In this document: piece after piece, positions 128,819-139,748 of the stretch
Numbering within the stretch: the first letter of the stretch is position 1
Layout of the letters: each line of letters begins with the position of its first letter
Notes under the pieces: generated by a model
Databases searched by the model: none
What the model was told of the DNA's origin: nothing
The model's input: only the letters and a program-made list of their open reading frames with translations
Translations under genes and position numbers: made by a program
Assembly: GCF_000737315.1 (NCBI RefSeq)
Contig: NZ_JMCB01000004.1
Location: forward strand, 20,001-268,000
DNA: 248,000 nucleotides
Source of the DNA: Hyalangium minutum
Lineage (GTDB): Bacteria; Myxococcota; Myxococcia; Myxococcales; Myxococcaceae
Direction of reading: 5' to 3'

Positions 128819-129140
128819 AGGCCGTTCACCTAAAGCAACAGGAGTGCCAACAGCGGGCGCTCCACTGGAGGCCCTGGCGAGCGACTGGGCGCCCTCTCAC
128901 CGGAAGTGTTTCGTCCTGCCACGGCCCCCAGGTCCACACCCGGCTTCCTCGCTCTGAAACTGTAAAAAGGAGGGCCCTCCTGCGATGGGGGAGGCGAAAA
129001 GATTCAGTGCACTTTAGGGAGGGTTGCGCGGCCTGGCGGGCGGCCGCCTGGGATCGTCCACGGGGGAACGAGCAGGGAATTTCCGGAAAAGAAGGGCGGT
129101 TCGCGGGCACGCCGCGGATTAAGTTCCGGCCCGGCAACCG

Positions 129141-132110
129141 ATGCGGAAATGGCTCGTCATAGGGGCGGTGTGTGTCCTGGCGGTGGTGGGCGCGGCTGTG
129201 TTCTGGCTCCAGCCCGAGCCCGTGACGCCCTTGCGTGTTCCGGCATCGGAGACTGCCGCGGCGCGCCCCCTGCCGGACTTCCAGGCGGTGGAGGTGTCCT
129301 CTGGGGAGGCCGAGGGGCTGGCCCTCACGGGCCGTGTCTTGGAGCCCTCGGGGCGTCCCATCCCGGGCGCGGAGGTGTTCCTCGCGGCGAGCGCGCAGAA
129401 GACGCTCACCTCCGTGCGCTGTGACGAGTGCGGCTTGCCGCTGCTGTCCTGTCCGGCCCGTGAGAGTGGCATTCAGTCGCTGGCCTTCTTCGAGCACCAG
129501 CACGGCTTCCTTACCCCACGGGCCACCGTGCGCACGGACGCTCAGGGGAAGTTCCGCTTCGAGCGCTTGGCCGGAGTCTCCTTCTCGGTGTGGGCGAAGG
129601 CGGCGGGCTTCGGCGTGGCGATGCGCGAGCGCGCCGCCCCAGGCGAGCCGGTGGAGCTGTTCCTGCCCGCCCTGCGCACCATCACGGGGCAGGTGGTGGA
129701 TGACGGCGGGCAGCCCATTCCGAACGCCCACATCTACGCAGTGTCTCGGCGCACGGCGCTGCCCGCCGAGGCGGTGGCGGGAGGCGAGGGCCTCTTCACG
129801 TTGGACGGGCTGGGCGAGGGGCCGTTCTACCTCGTGGCCAGCGCCGAGGGCTTCCTGCCCACGGTGGAGCCGCAGGTGGAGGCGGGTCCGCAGAGGGTGC
129901 GACTGCGGCTGACGCCGACGCGCACGCTCGAGGTGCGCGTGGTGCGCGATGGCGCACCCATGGCGGCCACCGTGAGGCTGAAGGCCGATCACCTGTCGCG
130001 CGAGCTGCGCACGCAGGGCGAGCCGGCTCGGTTCACCGGGCTCTACCCGGACGAGGTGGTCATCACCGCTGAGTCCGGGAGCCTGGGGTCGACGCCTCGC
130101 ACCATCACCCTGCAGGAGCGCGTCACCCAGGTGACGATGGAACTGGAGGAGGCGGGCAAGCTGCTCGTCACGGTGGTGGATGACGCGGGCCAGCCCGTGC
130201 CCCAGCCCGAGGTGACGCTGCGCACCGTCACAGGCGAGGTGATCCGCCGGGAGAAGGGCGCCACGGGAGCGCTCGTGGAGCTGGGGCCCATCGCCATCGG
130301 AGACTACCTGGTGCACGGACACACCGAGGGCTTCCAGGACGTGGAGCTCCCCGTGCGCGTGCGGTCCGGAGAGACGCCCGTCGAGCTGGAGATGACGCAG
130401 GCGACGCTCATCTCCGGCCAGGTGATCGACGAGTACGGGCGGCCGGCGCCCAATGTCTCCGTGCTGGTGCAGCCCATTGGGGACACGGTGCTCGCGGACG
130501 CGGATGGGCACTTCGTGGCGCAGGTGCCCTCGCCGGGACTGTACGAGCTGCACGCGCACCACTCCGAGTGGGGCGGTGGCAAGGTGAAGGTGACGGCGCC
130601 CGCCTCGGGGGTGCGGCTGGAGCTGGAGCCGGCCGCGGCCATCGAGGTGACCGTCACCGCCGAGGGCCGCCGGGTGGAGGGCGCGGACGTGGTCCTCTGG
130701 GTGGAGCAGCAGGGGCTCTTCCGCAGCGATCGGCCCTCGGGGCCGGACGGCGTGGTGCCCATGCGAGGCTTGCCGGAGGGCACGTACTGGATGGTGGCCT
130801 CGCACCCGGATTACCTGCCCTCGGATCGGAAGCAGGTGAGGGTGGACGGGGAGCAGGTGGTGAAGGTCACCGCCGAGCTCAAGCCGGGGGCCATGCTCTC
130901 TGGGGACGTGATGGACGAGCAGGGAGCTCCCGTGAGTGGGGCCACCTTGACGGTGATGCCTCGGGGCGCGGAGCCCGCGGCGAGCGATGCACGCGGGCAC
131001 TTCGAGATCCGCGCGCTGCGGCCGGAGCGCACCTACCGGGTGGAGGCACGCCACCCCGGCTACGATCAGGTGGACAAGGCCGATGGCACGCCGGGGGGGC
131101 CGCCGGTGAAGGTGGTGCTCAAGCGCCGGCCGGTGTTCCGAGGCCGCGTGGTGGCCGATGACGGAACGCCGGTGAAGCGCTACCGCCTGGACGAGCACGA
131201 CATCTCCACGCCGGATGGGCGCTTCGAGGTCTCCCTGCCAGTGGCAGGGGAGCAGGTCATGGTCTCGGTGGACGCCCCAGGCTACGAGCCGATGATGGTG
131301 GAGCGGCCCGTGGCGCCGGATCTCGGGGACCTGGTGCTGCAGCGCGCGCCCACGCTCTCCGGGCTGGTGCGAGACGAGGGCGGCGCGCCAGTGGCGGACG
131401 CGGTGGTGACGTGCGAGGTGTGCGACGAGTCCGTGCTCTCGGGGCCGGATGGGCGCTTCTCCATCGCCAGTCCGCCGTACGTGGTGCAGTACTCGGTGTC
131501 GGCGCGCAAGGGCCGCCTGAGCGCGACGGAGACGCTGAGCCGGGGAAACACGTCGACCCTGGTGCTGACGCTGCGTCCGGCGACGCGGGTGAGCGGCACG
131601 GTGTACCTGCCGGGCGGACAGCCCGCGCCGGGCTACCAGCTGGACGGGGTGAACACCGAGCGCGGCGATGCGGTCGTCGTGGTGACGGGGCCGGACGGGC
131701 AGTACAGCGTGGACATGGCGCCGGGCAGCTACCGCTTCATGCTCGGGGAGGATCGCGAGTTCGCCGGAGAGCCCGCGCTGCTGGTGCGCGTCGAGGGCCC
131801 GTCGATGCGCCTGGACTTCGGAGCGGCGCCGGGCTCGGGCTCGCTCACGGTGACAGTCAAGCCCGAGCGAGGCAAGGCGCTCTGGGTGGTGGCGGGGGAT
131901 TCGCCTCCGGTCAACTCTCCGCTGGAGCTGATGCGCTCGCGCTATGCGCAGATGGTCTACCAGCCGCGCTCGGAGCGGGTGACGCTGCAGGGCCTGCCGC
132001 CGGGGCGCTACACGGTGGTGTGGGCGAGCTTCCACGCCGAGGCGCCCGAGGGGCCCATGGTCCGCACGGTGGAGATCCCCGGGGCGCAGGAAGTCTCCAT
132101 GGTGCGCTGA
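129141..132110 (+). CDS. Membrane-anchored carboxypeptidase-regulatory-like repeat protein
   Basis: N-terminal TM; repeated G.V.D..G.P units. Confidence 0.82.
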   Translation: MRKWLVIGAVCVLAVVGAAVFWLQPEPVTPLRVPASETAAARPLPDFQAVEVSSGEAEGLALTGRVLEPSGRPIPGAEVFLAASAQKTLTSVRCDECGLPLLSCPARESGIQSLAFFEHQHGFLTPRATVRTDAQGKFRFERLAGVSFSVWAKAAGFGVAMRERAAPGEPVELFLPALRTITGQVVDDGGQPIPNAHIYAVSRRTALPAEAVAGGEGLFTLDGLGEGPFYLVASAEGFLPTVEPQVEAGPQRVRLRLTPTRTLEVRVVRDGAPMAATVRLKADHLSRELRTQGEPARFTGLYPDEVVITAESGSLGSTPRTITLQERVTQVTMELEEAGKLLVTVVDDAGQPVPQPEVTLRTVTGEVIRREKGATGALVELGPIAIGDYLVHGHTEGFQDVELPVRVRSGETPVELEMTQATLISGQVIDEYGRPAPNVSVLVQPIGDTVLADADGHFVAQVPSPGLYELHAHHSEWGGGKVKVTAPASGVRLELEPAAAIEVTVTAEGRRVEGADVVLWVEQQGLFRSDRPSGPDGVVPMRGLPEGTYWMVASHPDYLPSDRKQVRVDGEQVVKVTAELKPGAMLSGDVMDEQGAPVSGATLTVMPRGAEPAASDARGHFEIRALRPERTYRVEARHPGYDQVDKADGTPGGPPVKVVLKRRPVFRGRVVADDGTPVKRYRLDEHDISTPDGRFEVSLPVAGEQVMVSVDAPGYEPMMVERPVAPDLGDLVLQRAPTLSGLVRDEGGAPVADAVVTCEVCDESVLSGPDGRFSIASPPYVVQYSVSARKGRLSATETLSRGNTSTLVLTLRPATRVSGTVYLPGGQPAPGYQLDGVNTERGDAVVVVTGPDGQYSVDMAPGSYRFMLGEDREFAGEPALLVRVEGPSMRLDFGAAPGSGSLTVTVKPERGKALWVVAGDSPPVNSPLELMRSRYAQMVYQPRSERVTLQGLPPGRYTVVWASFHAEAPEGPMVRTVEIPGAQEVSMVR

Positions 132111-132170
132111 GCGCGGGCGGAGAATGGCCGTGAGGTTGCGAGCCCGCCCGCTCGCGCATATGGAAGTCTC

Positions 132171-133406
132171 ATGGACGCATCGGTTCTGCAGGGCCGCCGG
132201 GTCATCGTGGGAGTCGGCGGAGGCATCGCGGCGTACAAGGCGTGCGAGCTCGTGCGCGAGCTGCAGCGAGCAGGCGCTCAGGTGCGCGTCGCCATGACGG
132301 AGGCGGCGAAGCAGTTCGTCACGCCGCTGACCTTCCAGGCGCTCAGCGGGCACCCGGTGCTCACGGACTATTTCGATCCGAACCAGGAAGGAAACTTCGG
132401 GCACCTGGACTTGGCGCGCTGGGCGGAGCTGTTCGTCGTGGCTCCGGCGACAGCGGACCTCATCGCGCGCATCCGGGCGGGGATGGCGGGGGACGCGGTC
132501 ACCACGTCGCTGCTGGCCTTCAAGGGCCCGGTGGTGCTGGCTCCGGCGATGAACGTGGCGATGTGGCAGAACGCGCTGACGCAGCAGAACGTGGCGGCGC
132601 TGGTGGCGGATCCGCGCTTCACGTTCGCGGGGCCGGACGCGGGGCTGCTGGCCTGCGGAGACGTGGGAGCGGGACGGCTCACGGAGGTGAAGGAGATCGT
132701 CGCCGAGGCGGCGGCGCGGATAGGCCAAGGGCCTCTGACGGGCAAGAAGGTGCTGCTGACGGCGGGCCCCACGCGCGAGTTCCTGGATCCGGTGCGGTTC
132801 ATCTCGAATCCCTCGACAGGGAAGATGGGGCTGGCGCTGGCGGAGGCGGCTCGGAAGCTGGGCGCGAAGGTGACGGTGGTGCTGGGGCCGGTGGGGGCAG
132901 TGGATCGCACGGGCCTCGAGGTGGTGGACGTGGTGAGCGCCGAGGACATGGCGCGCGAGGTGCTCTCTCGGGTGGAGGCGGTGGACTGGTTCATCGCCTC
133001 GGCGGCGGTGAGCGACTGGCGGCCGGAGACGCGGGCCCCGCAGAAGGTGAAGAAGGGCGAATCCCCCGAGGTGCTCAAGCTGGTGCGCACGCCGGATGTG
133101 CTCGCGGAGGCCTCGAAGAAGGTGGCGGGAGCGCCGAGGCGGCCGCTGCTGGTGGGCTTCGCCGCGGAGACGGAGCGGGTGCTGGAGCACGCCCGGGAGA
133201 AGCTGGAGCGCAAGAACCTGGACGCCATCGTCGCCAACGACGTGACGGTGCCCGGCGCGGGCTTCGGGACGGACACCAACCGGGTGACGGTGCTCTCCCG
133301 TACAGGGGTACGGAAAGACCTGGAGGGCACCAAGCTCCAGGTGGCGCAGGGGATTCTGGAACTGCTGCTGAGCCTCCCTCCGGCCGTGCCTGGGAGCGGC
133401 AGGTGA
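132171..133406 (+). CDS. coaBC: Phosphopantothenoylcysteine decarboxylase/ligase
   Basis: GGIAAYK, APAMN, TAGPTRE, ISNPSTGKMG. Confidence 0.96.
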   Translation: MDASVLQGRRVIVGVGGGIAAYKACELVRELQRAGAQVRVAMTEAAKQFVTPLTFQALSGHPVLTDYFDPNQEGNFGHLDLARWAELFVVAPATADLIARIRAGMAGDAVTTSLLAFKGPVVLAPAMNVAMWQNALTQQNVAALVADPRFTFAGPDAGLLACGDVGAGRLTEVKEIVAEAAARIGQGPLTGKKVLLTAGPTREFLDPVRFISNPSTGKMGLALAEAARKLGAKVTVVLGPVGAVDRTGLEVVDVVSAEDMAREVLSRVEAVDWFIASAAVSDWRPETRAPQKVKKGESPEVLKLVRTPDVLAEASKKVAGAPRRPLLVGFAAETERVLEHAREKLERKNLDAIVANDVTVPGAGFGTDTNRVTVLSRTGVRKDLEGTKLQVAQGILELLLSLPPAVPGSGR

Positions 133407-133554
133407 CGCGGCAGGTTGGATCGGCGGGAGCCTACCTGTAAGATGGTGCCGTTGACCATGGCGCCATGCTCGCCCCTGCGGTAAGCGTGCGGGAGGCGGG
133501 CTCAGGCTGGCTCCTTGAACCGGAGGCACCGCCTCCATTACCGATCGGGCTAAC

Positions 133555-134529
133555 GTGAGCGACCCGCGCGACTCCGCCGAAGAACTGGATGAAGCTGTCG
133601 AGGACCTGCGCCGCCACCTCCTATGGCAGGAGGAGACAGGCGGCCGGGCACTGCTCGTAGACGCGGCCAAGCTGTCGGCCGAGCGCTCGGCTTCCCTCCG
133701 GGCGATGATGCCTCCTCGGGGGGCCAAGGCCCCTGCCGCTCCCGAGAGCCCTGCGGCTCCGGAATCTGCCGCTGCTCCGGAGGCCCCCGCGCCTCATCCG
133801 GCTCCCATGCCTGCCCGCTCGCTGGCTCCCGAGGCCCCTGCCAGAGCCCCGGCTGCCTCCCGAGCGGAGCCTCCCGCTGCGGCGAGCAAGGGGATGCTCT
133901 TTGACGTGCCGCAGCAAGCGCCGCCGTACCCAGGCCCGTTGCCGGGCGTGGTGGAGGGCCAGCGCCCCATGCTGGACGAGATCCGGCGCGAACTCGGGGA
134001 CTGCCGGCGCTGCAAGCTGTGCACGGGGCGCAAGAACATCGTGTTCGGGGTGGGCAACCCGCGGGCGGAGCTGGTCTTCGTGGGCGAGGGCCCGGGAGAG
134101 CAAGAGGACCTGCAGGGGGTGCCCTTCGTCGGCCCAGCGGGTGAGCTGCTGACGAAGATGATCCAGGCGATGGGGTTCTCGCGGGATCAGGTCTACATCT
134201 GCAACGTGGTGAAGTGCCGGCCGCCGGGCAACCGCAACCCGGAGCCGGACGAGATCACCGCGTGCGAGCCGTTCTTGCGCTCGCAGTTGTTGGCGCTGCA
134301 GCCCAAGGTGATCGTGGCGCTGGGGAAGTTCGCAGCACAGACGTTGCTGCGGGACTCCACGCCGATTACGCGGCTGCGGGGGCAGTGGCGGGAGTACCAG
134401 GGGGTGAAGCTGATGCCCACCTTCCACCCGGCGTACCTCCTCCGGAGCCCGGCTGAGAAGAAAAAGGCCTGGGAAGATTTGCAGCAGGTGATGAAGATCT
134501 TCGGTAAGCAACCCGGCTCCCGCACCTGA
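133555..134529 (+). CDS. Uracil-DNA glycosylase family 4
   Basis: CRRC, GEGPG, KCRPP, HPAY. Confidence 0.92.
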   Translation: MSDPRDSAEELDEAVEDLRRHLLWQEETGGRALLVDAAKLSAERSASLRAMMPPRGAKAPAAPESPAAPESAAAPEAPAPHPAPMPARSLAPEAPARAPAASRAEPPAAASKGMLFDVPQQAPPYPGPLPGVVEGQRPMLDEIRRELGDCRRCKLCTGRKNIVFGVGNPRAELVFVGEGPGEQEDLQGVPFVGPAGELLTKMIQAMGFSRDQVYICNVVKCRPPGNRNPEPDEITACEPFLRSQLLALQPKVIVALGKFAAQTLLRDSTPITRLRGQWREYQGVKLMPTFHPAYLLRSPAEKKKAWEDLQQVMKIFGKQPGSRT

Positions 134530-134553
134530 GGGGAGCCCGGAGGGGAGTCACGG

Positions 134554-135561
134554 ATGAAGGGAGTACTCGAGACGCGCGAGCTGCCATCGCCCGCGCTGGA
134601 GTCGAACCCGCTGGCGGACGTCGCTCGCCGGCAGCTGAGGGTGTACCTGCCGCCGGGGTACAACGAGGGCAGCCAGCGCTACCCCACCGTGTACTTCCTG
134701 CACGCCTTCTCCAACAGCGGCGCCTCGTGGACGAACGTGTCAGCGTTCGGGCTCAACGCGCTGGACCGGCTGGACGGGTTGATCGAGGCCGGGACGATTC
134801 CTCCGGTGATTGGCGTGTTCCCGGACGGGTGGACGGCGCTGGGCGGGAGCCAGTGGATCAACAGTGACGCGATTGGGCGCTACCGGGACTACGTGGCCAA
134901 GGACGTGCTGGGCTTCGTGGACCGCACGTACCGGACGCTGCCGAAGGCGGCCTCGCGGGCGGTGGTGGGGCACAGCTCGGGCGGGTACGGAGCGCTGGTG
135001 ATGGGGCGCTACCACCCGGAGCTGTTCAGCCACCTGGGGAGCCACGCGGGCGACTGCTACTTCGAGTACTGCTACCTGCCGGATCTGCCCAAGGCGGCGG
135101 GGGCGCTGCTGAAGGCGGGCGGGGTGGAGGCCTGGTACCAGGACTTCAAGAAGCGCTCACGGGAGACGAAGCCGCGGAGTGACGACTTCACGGTGATCAA
135201 CGTGCTGGCGATGGCGGCGGCGTACTCGCCGAAGAAGGGCGAGCCGCTGAACCTGGAGCTGCCGTTCGATCCGCAGACGGGGCGGCTGAAGCTGGACGTG
135301 TGGAACCGGTGGCTGGTGCACGATCCGGTGCGGTTCGTGCCGAAGTTCCTGGATGCGTTCAAGAAGATGAAGTCGGTATTCCTCGACTGCGGGACGCGGG
135401 ACGAGTTCAACTTGCGCTGGGGCACGCGCATGCTGGCCGAGGAGTTCAAGGCAAGCGGCGCGGAGCTGTGCCACGAGGAGTTCGAGGACTCGCACTCGGG
135501 GGTGACGTACCGGTTCGAGCGCTCGCTGGGGTTCCTGGTTCCGCGGATGGCGCGGGAGTGA
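134554..135561 (+). CDS. Esterase (enterochelin-esterase-like alpha/beta hydrolase)
   Basis: VYLPPGY, GHSSGGYG. Confidence 0.85.
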   Translation: MKGVLETRELPSPALESNPLADVARRQLRVYLPPGYNEGSQRYPTVYFLHAFSNSGASWTNVSAFGLNALDRLDGLIEAGTIPPVIGVFPDGWTALGGSQWINSDAIGRYRDYVAKDVLGFVDRTYRTLPKAASRAVVGHSSGGYGALVMGRYHPELFSHLGSHAGDCYFEYCYLPDLPKAAGALLKAGGVEAWYQDFKKRSRETKPRSDDFTVINVLAMAAAYSPKKGEPLNLELPFDPQTGRLKLDVWNRWLVHDPVRFVPKFLDAFKKMKSVFLDCGTRDEFNLRWGTRMLAEEFKASGAELCHEEFEDSHSGVTYRFERSLGFLVPRMARE

Positions 135562-135562
135562 C

Positions 135563-136600
135563 GTGACGATGATTTCCGATCCCTACGGACTGAGCCGCGT
135601 TGTCGGTGAGAAGGGCGTGCTGCCGCAGCGGGCGCGCAAGCTGGAGCCGTCGCTGCCGTGTCGCGAGGCGGAACTGCTCATCGACGTGGAGAGCCTCAAC
135701 ATCGACGCGGCGTCCTTCAAGCAGATCAAGGACGACGTGGGTGCAGAGCCCGCGAAGATCGCGGCGCGCATCCAAGAGATCGTGCGCGAGCGCGGCAAGA
135801 TGCAGAACCCGGTGACGGGCTCGGGCGGCATGTTGCTGGGGCGGGTGAAGGAGATCGGGCCGAAGCACCCGGCTCGAGGGACGCTGAAGGTGGGCGACCG
135901 GATCGCGACGTTGGTGAGCCTGTCGCTGACGCCGCTGGTGATCGAGGAGATCAAAGCGGTGCACGTGGAGATCGACCGGGTGGACATCCGGGGGCACGCG
136001 ATCCTGTTTGCGTCGGGGATCTACGCGAAGCTGCCGTCGGACATGCCGGACACGCTGGCGCTGGCGGCGCTGGACGTGTGCGGGGCTCCGGCGCTGGTAG
136101 CGCGGTACGTGAAGCCAGGGATGACGGTGGCGGTGCTGGGAGCGGGGAAGAGCGGGGCACTGTGCCTGGCGCAGGCGCGGAAGGATCTGAAGGGGCAGGG
136201 GAAGGTGCTGGCGCTGGATATCTCGGAGAAGGCGCTGGCGGCGCTGTCCGGGATTGGTCTGTGCGACACGGCACTGAAGGTGGACGCGACACAGGCGGTG
136301 GACGTGATGGAGGCGGTGTCGCAGGCGACGGGCGGAGCGTTGTGCGATCTGGTGGTGAACTGCGCCTCGGTGGGGAACACGGAGATGGCCTCGATCCTGT
136401 CGGTGAAGGATGGGGGCACGGTGATCTTCTTCTCCATGGCCACGAGCTTCACGGCGGCGGCGCTGGGGGCGGAGGGGGTGGGCAAGGACGTCACGATGCT
136501 GGTGGGCAACGGCTACGCGCCCGGCCACGCGGACCTCACGCTGGACCTGTTGCGCTCCGAACCCGCTCTCCGCAAGCTCTTCGAGACGCGCTACGTCTGA
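135563..136600 (+). CDS. kdd: L-erythro-3,5-diaminohexanoate dehydrogenase
   Basis: YGLSRV...LPQ, LNIDAASF, NPVTGSGGM. Confidence 0.9.
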   Translation: MTMISDPYGLSRVVGEKGVLPQRARKLEPSLPCREAELLIDVESLNIDAASFKQIKDDVGAEPAKIAARIQEIVRERGKMQNPVTGSGGMLLGRVKEIGPKHPARGTLKVGDRIATLVSLSLTPLVIEEIKAVHVEIDRVDIRGHAILFASGIYAKLPSDMPDTLALAALDVCGAPALVARYVKPGMTVAVLGAGKSGALCLAQARKDLKGQGKVLALDISEKALAALSGIGLCDTALKVDATQAVDVMEAVSQATGGALCDLVVNCASVGNTEMASILSVKDGGTVIFFSMATSFTAAALGAEGVGKDVTMLVGNGYAPGHADLTLDLLRSEPALRKLFETRYV

Positions 136601-136613
136601 GGAAGGCAGGGCT

Positions 136614-136909
136614 TCAGGTTCTGCCCTTCCACACCGCAGGTCGGCGGCGGACGTGGAGGCACGCGATCACGCTGATGCGCCCCTCATCCACCACGAAGAA
136701 GACGCCATAGGGAAAGCGTCGGAGCAGTGCGCGTCTGATGCGTGGGTGGACGAGCGTGTGGCTGTCGGGCTGCGCTGGATGCCCGCGAGGCAAGTCTCCA
136801 GCGCCTGAAGAAACTCAGCACCCAGGCCCTTGCCCCGTTGCTCGTACCACTGGACAGCGTCCGCGATGTCTGCTTGCGCGGGCTTGCGAAGCTCTAACGC
136901 GCGCTTCAC
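136614..136909 (-). pseudogene. RelE/ParE toxin with 1-bp frameshift near 136768
   Basis: Restoring one C gives SPDSHTLVHPRIRRALLRRFPYGVFF...HVRRRP. Confidence 0.75.
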
Positions 136910-137127
136910 AGGGACTTGAGCAGGCGCGCTTTGACTTCATCCCAGGACTCGCCCGACTCTGGATTCTCGTCCAGCTCCGCCAGACGCCTCTGAAGTTCGG
137001 CAAGCTGCTCGGGAGGCGTCGCCACCTGCTCCGGGTGAGCCGCGACGCTGTCCCAGAGGTCCTCGGCCAACTGGATGCGCTCGGCAGGACTCAAGTGGAG
137101 GAACTCTGAAAAGGTGACCCGCGACAT
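136906..137127 (-). CDS. Addiction module antitoxin (TIGR02574-like)
   Basis: LSPAERIQLAEDLWDS...ELQRR...WDEVK. Confidence 0.88.
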   Translation of the reverse strand: MSRVTFSEFLHLSPAERIQLAEDLWDSVAAHPEQVATPPEQLAELQRRLAELDENPESGESWDEVKARLLKSL

Positions 137128-137183
137128 GACTCCAGTTTAGGGCCGAGGTTTCTCCAGAGCCATAGGGATGCTGGGCAGAGGGT

Positions 137184-137816
137184 TTACTGGGATACCGCCG
137201 TGGGGGCAGCAGACCGTGCAAGCGAGTTCGGGGCCGTGACAGGGGACTCGGGCACCTGAGTCTGGGCCCAGTCCTCTGCTGTGCGGCCACTGGAATCCCG
137301 GCGCTCGGGCGACGCGCCCTTCTGCTGGAGCCGCTCCGCCACCTCCTTACGCCCGAACAGCCGCGCGAACATCAGCGCCGTCTGGCCCACTCCGTTTGAC
137401 TGGTCCACTGCGCACGGCTGCTGCAGGAGCAGGTCCACTACCTCCACGTAGCCCTTGAACGCCGCGCCCATCAGCGCCGTGTTTCCTCGCGAGTCTCCCG
137501 CGCACGCATCCGCGCCCCCTGCCAGCAGCGCCCGCACCGTCTCCGTGTGCCCGTGGTACGCCGCCAGAATCAGCGGAGAGAATCCGCGATCGTCCTGCAC
137601 GTTCACCGGCGTCCCGGCCTTGAGCAGTCCCGCCACCAGCTCCGCGTCTCCCTCGCGCGACGCGGCCAGCAGGTAGCGCTCGGCCTCGCTCACCGCCAGC
137701 ACCCGCTGCGCCGGAGGGCGCTTCCAGGACGTGTAGAAATAGCCCGCCACCGCCACCACGCCCAGCACCAGCACCAGCACCGCTCCAGCCAAACCCAGCA
137801 TCACCTTGCGCAGCAT
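137184..137816 (-). CDS. Ankyrin repeat protein (AnkB-like, catalase partner)
   Basis: SPLILAAYHG, TALMGAAFKG; downstream of catalase. Confidence 0.88.
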   Translation of the reverse strand: MLRKVMLGLAGAVLVLVLGVVAVAGYFYTSWKRPPAQRVLAVSEAERYLLAASREGDAELVAGLLKAGTPVNVQDDRGFSPLILAAYHGHTETVRALLAGGADACAGDSRGNTALMGAAFKGYVEVVDLLLQQPCAVDQSNGVGQTALMFARLFGRKEVAERLQQKGASPERRDSSGRTAEDWAQTQVPESPVTAPNSLARSAAPTAVSQ

Positions 137817-137905
137817 CGCTTCACTCCATGCAGGAAACTTCGAGGGAACCCACCCAACGGACAGAGGCCCCGGGAGCCCGACCTCCCGAGGTCTCCACCT
137901 ACGCG

Positions 137906-139435
137906 CTACCGCGAGGCGATCGTCGCCACCGCCGCCTGCGCGTCCTCCAGTTTCACTCCCACCGCCTTCGCCAGCCGCGTGCCGTACTCCGCGTTCGCGC
138001 TGTAGAAGTAGCCCACCATCCGCGCCTTCACCCGCGCGTCACGCACCTGGCCCAGGTCCCCCGCGAGGTTCTTCACCAGCCGCTCCCGCTCCACCGGGGT
138101 CAGCGCCAGGTAGAACGCCCCCGCCTGAGAGAAGTTGTCCGTCTTCGAGATCGCCACCTGCTGCGTCGTCCCGCTCAGCGCCATTTGCGACAGCAGGTAC
138201 GCAGGGGAGTCCGTTGTCTCACGGGTGATGCTCGGCTCGTAGTTCACGTCCGACTTCGTGTGGGCGATGTTCATCGCGCCACCCTGGTTGTTGTTGTTCA
138301 CCGTGGCCCGCGAGCGGTTCACCGGCAGCGACTGGTAGTTCGCACCCACCCGGTAGCGCTGCGTGTCCGCGTAGGAGAACAGCCGGCCCTGCAGCAGCCG
138401 ATCCTCGGAGGGCTCGATGCCCGGAGGCTGCACGCCCGGAGAGAACGCTGCCTGCTCGGTCTCCTCGAAGAAGTTGTCCGGCATCTTGTTCAGCGTGATC
138501 TTCCCCAGCTTGATCGACGGGACCTTGTCCTCCGGCCACACCTTCGTCGCGTCCAGCGGATCGAACGAGAACGCGTCCAGATTCTTCGGATCCAGCACCT
138601 GCGCCGTCAGCTCCCACGACGGGTCCTGGCCCTTGCCGATCGACTCGTAGAGATCATGCGTGGCGTGCTGGAAGTCCTGGCCCTGGATGCGCGTGGCCTC
138701 CTCGGCCGTGAGCGACTTCACGCCCTGCAGCGACTTCCAGTTGAACTTCACGTAGTGCACCTGGCCCTTCGCGTTGACGAACTTGAAGGCGTGTACGCCG
138801 TGGCCGTTCATCTGCCGGTAGTTCGCCGGCACGCCCAGGTCCGAGTACACCTGCGTCAGCATGTGCGTGGACTCGGGCACGTGAGAGAAGAAGTCGAAGA
138901 ACCGGTTGGGATCCTGGCGGTTCGTGATCGGCGACGGCTTCAGCGAGTGCACCATGTCCGGGAACTTGATGGCGTCCCGGATGAAGAACACCGGCAGGTT
139001 GTTGCCCACCAGGTCCCAGTTGCCCTCGTCCGTGTAGAACTTGAGCGCGAAGCCGCGCGGATCCCGCAGCGTCTCCGGCGAGCCCTGCGGGTGGATCACC
139101 GTGGAGAAACGCACGAACATCGGCGTCTTCTTGCCCTTGGCCGTCAGCAGCGAGGCCTTCGTCAGCTGCGAGAAGTCCCCGTAGCTCTCGAAGGTGCCGT
139201 AGGCGCCCACGCCGCGTGCGTGCACCACGCGCTCGGGGATGCGCTCGCGATCAAAACGCGCGAGCTTCTCGATGAGGTGGAAGTCCTCCAGCAGGATTCC
139301 GCCGCGCGGGCCCGCCGTCTTCGAGTTCTGGTTGGAGCCGACCGGTGCGCCCGAGTCCGTCGTCAGGGGAGGGGGATCGGCCAGGGCCGCGCCACCGCTC
139401 AGCAGCGCCGCCAGGAGGAAAGGCTTCAGGTTCAT
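137906..139435 (-). CDS. Monofunctional heme catalase with signal peptide (KatB-like)
   Basis: FDRERIPERVVHARG, RLFSYADT. Confidence 0.96.
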   Translation of the reverse strand: MNLKPFLLAALLSGGAALADPPPLTTDSGAPVGSNQNSKTAGPRGGILLEDFHLIEKLARFDRERIPERVVHARGVGAYGTFESYGDFSQLTKASLLTAKGKKTPMFVRFSTVIHPQGSPETLRDPRGFALKFYTDEGNWDLVGNNLPVFFIRDAIKFPDMVHSLKPSPITNRQDPNRFFDFFSHVPESTHMLTQVYSDLGVPANYRQMNGHGVHAFKFVNAKGQVHYVKFNWKSLQGVKSLTAEEATRIQGQDFQHATHDLYESIGKGQDPSWELTAQVLDPKNLDAFSFDPLDATKVWPEDKVPSIKLGKITLNKMPDNFFEETEQAAFSPGVQPPGIEPSEDRLLQGRLFSYADTQRYRVGANYQSLPVNRSRATVNNNNQGGAMNIAHTKSDVNYEPSITRETTDSPAYLLSQMALSGTTQQVAISKTDNFSQAGAFYLALTPVERERLVKNLAGDLGQVRDARVKARMVGYFYSANAEYGTRLAKAVGVKLEDAQAAVATIASR

Positions 139436-139748
139436 AGGAGATCTCCGGAGTGAAGGGGTGAAGATGGGAGACCCCTAGAGCACTCGGTGTGCCAAGCCTC
139501 TGAGCCCAGTGGTATTCAGAGGTTATGAACTGGAAGTGCCCCGTTACACCGATATATCAGTGCACCCAGCGCGATTTCGGTGGAGAGTGGTACCGATATT
139601 TCGCTGCAGCTATCTTCACCGAGATATCGGTGTAAACGCATTGGACACAGCCGGGCAGGCTCCAGAGGCAGGCGCCGCATGACGCTCCAAGTCATCGGTG
139701 GACCAGAAAAGTTCAACATTTCTGATGGTTTAGGGGTAAGGTGCCGCC

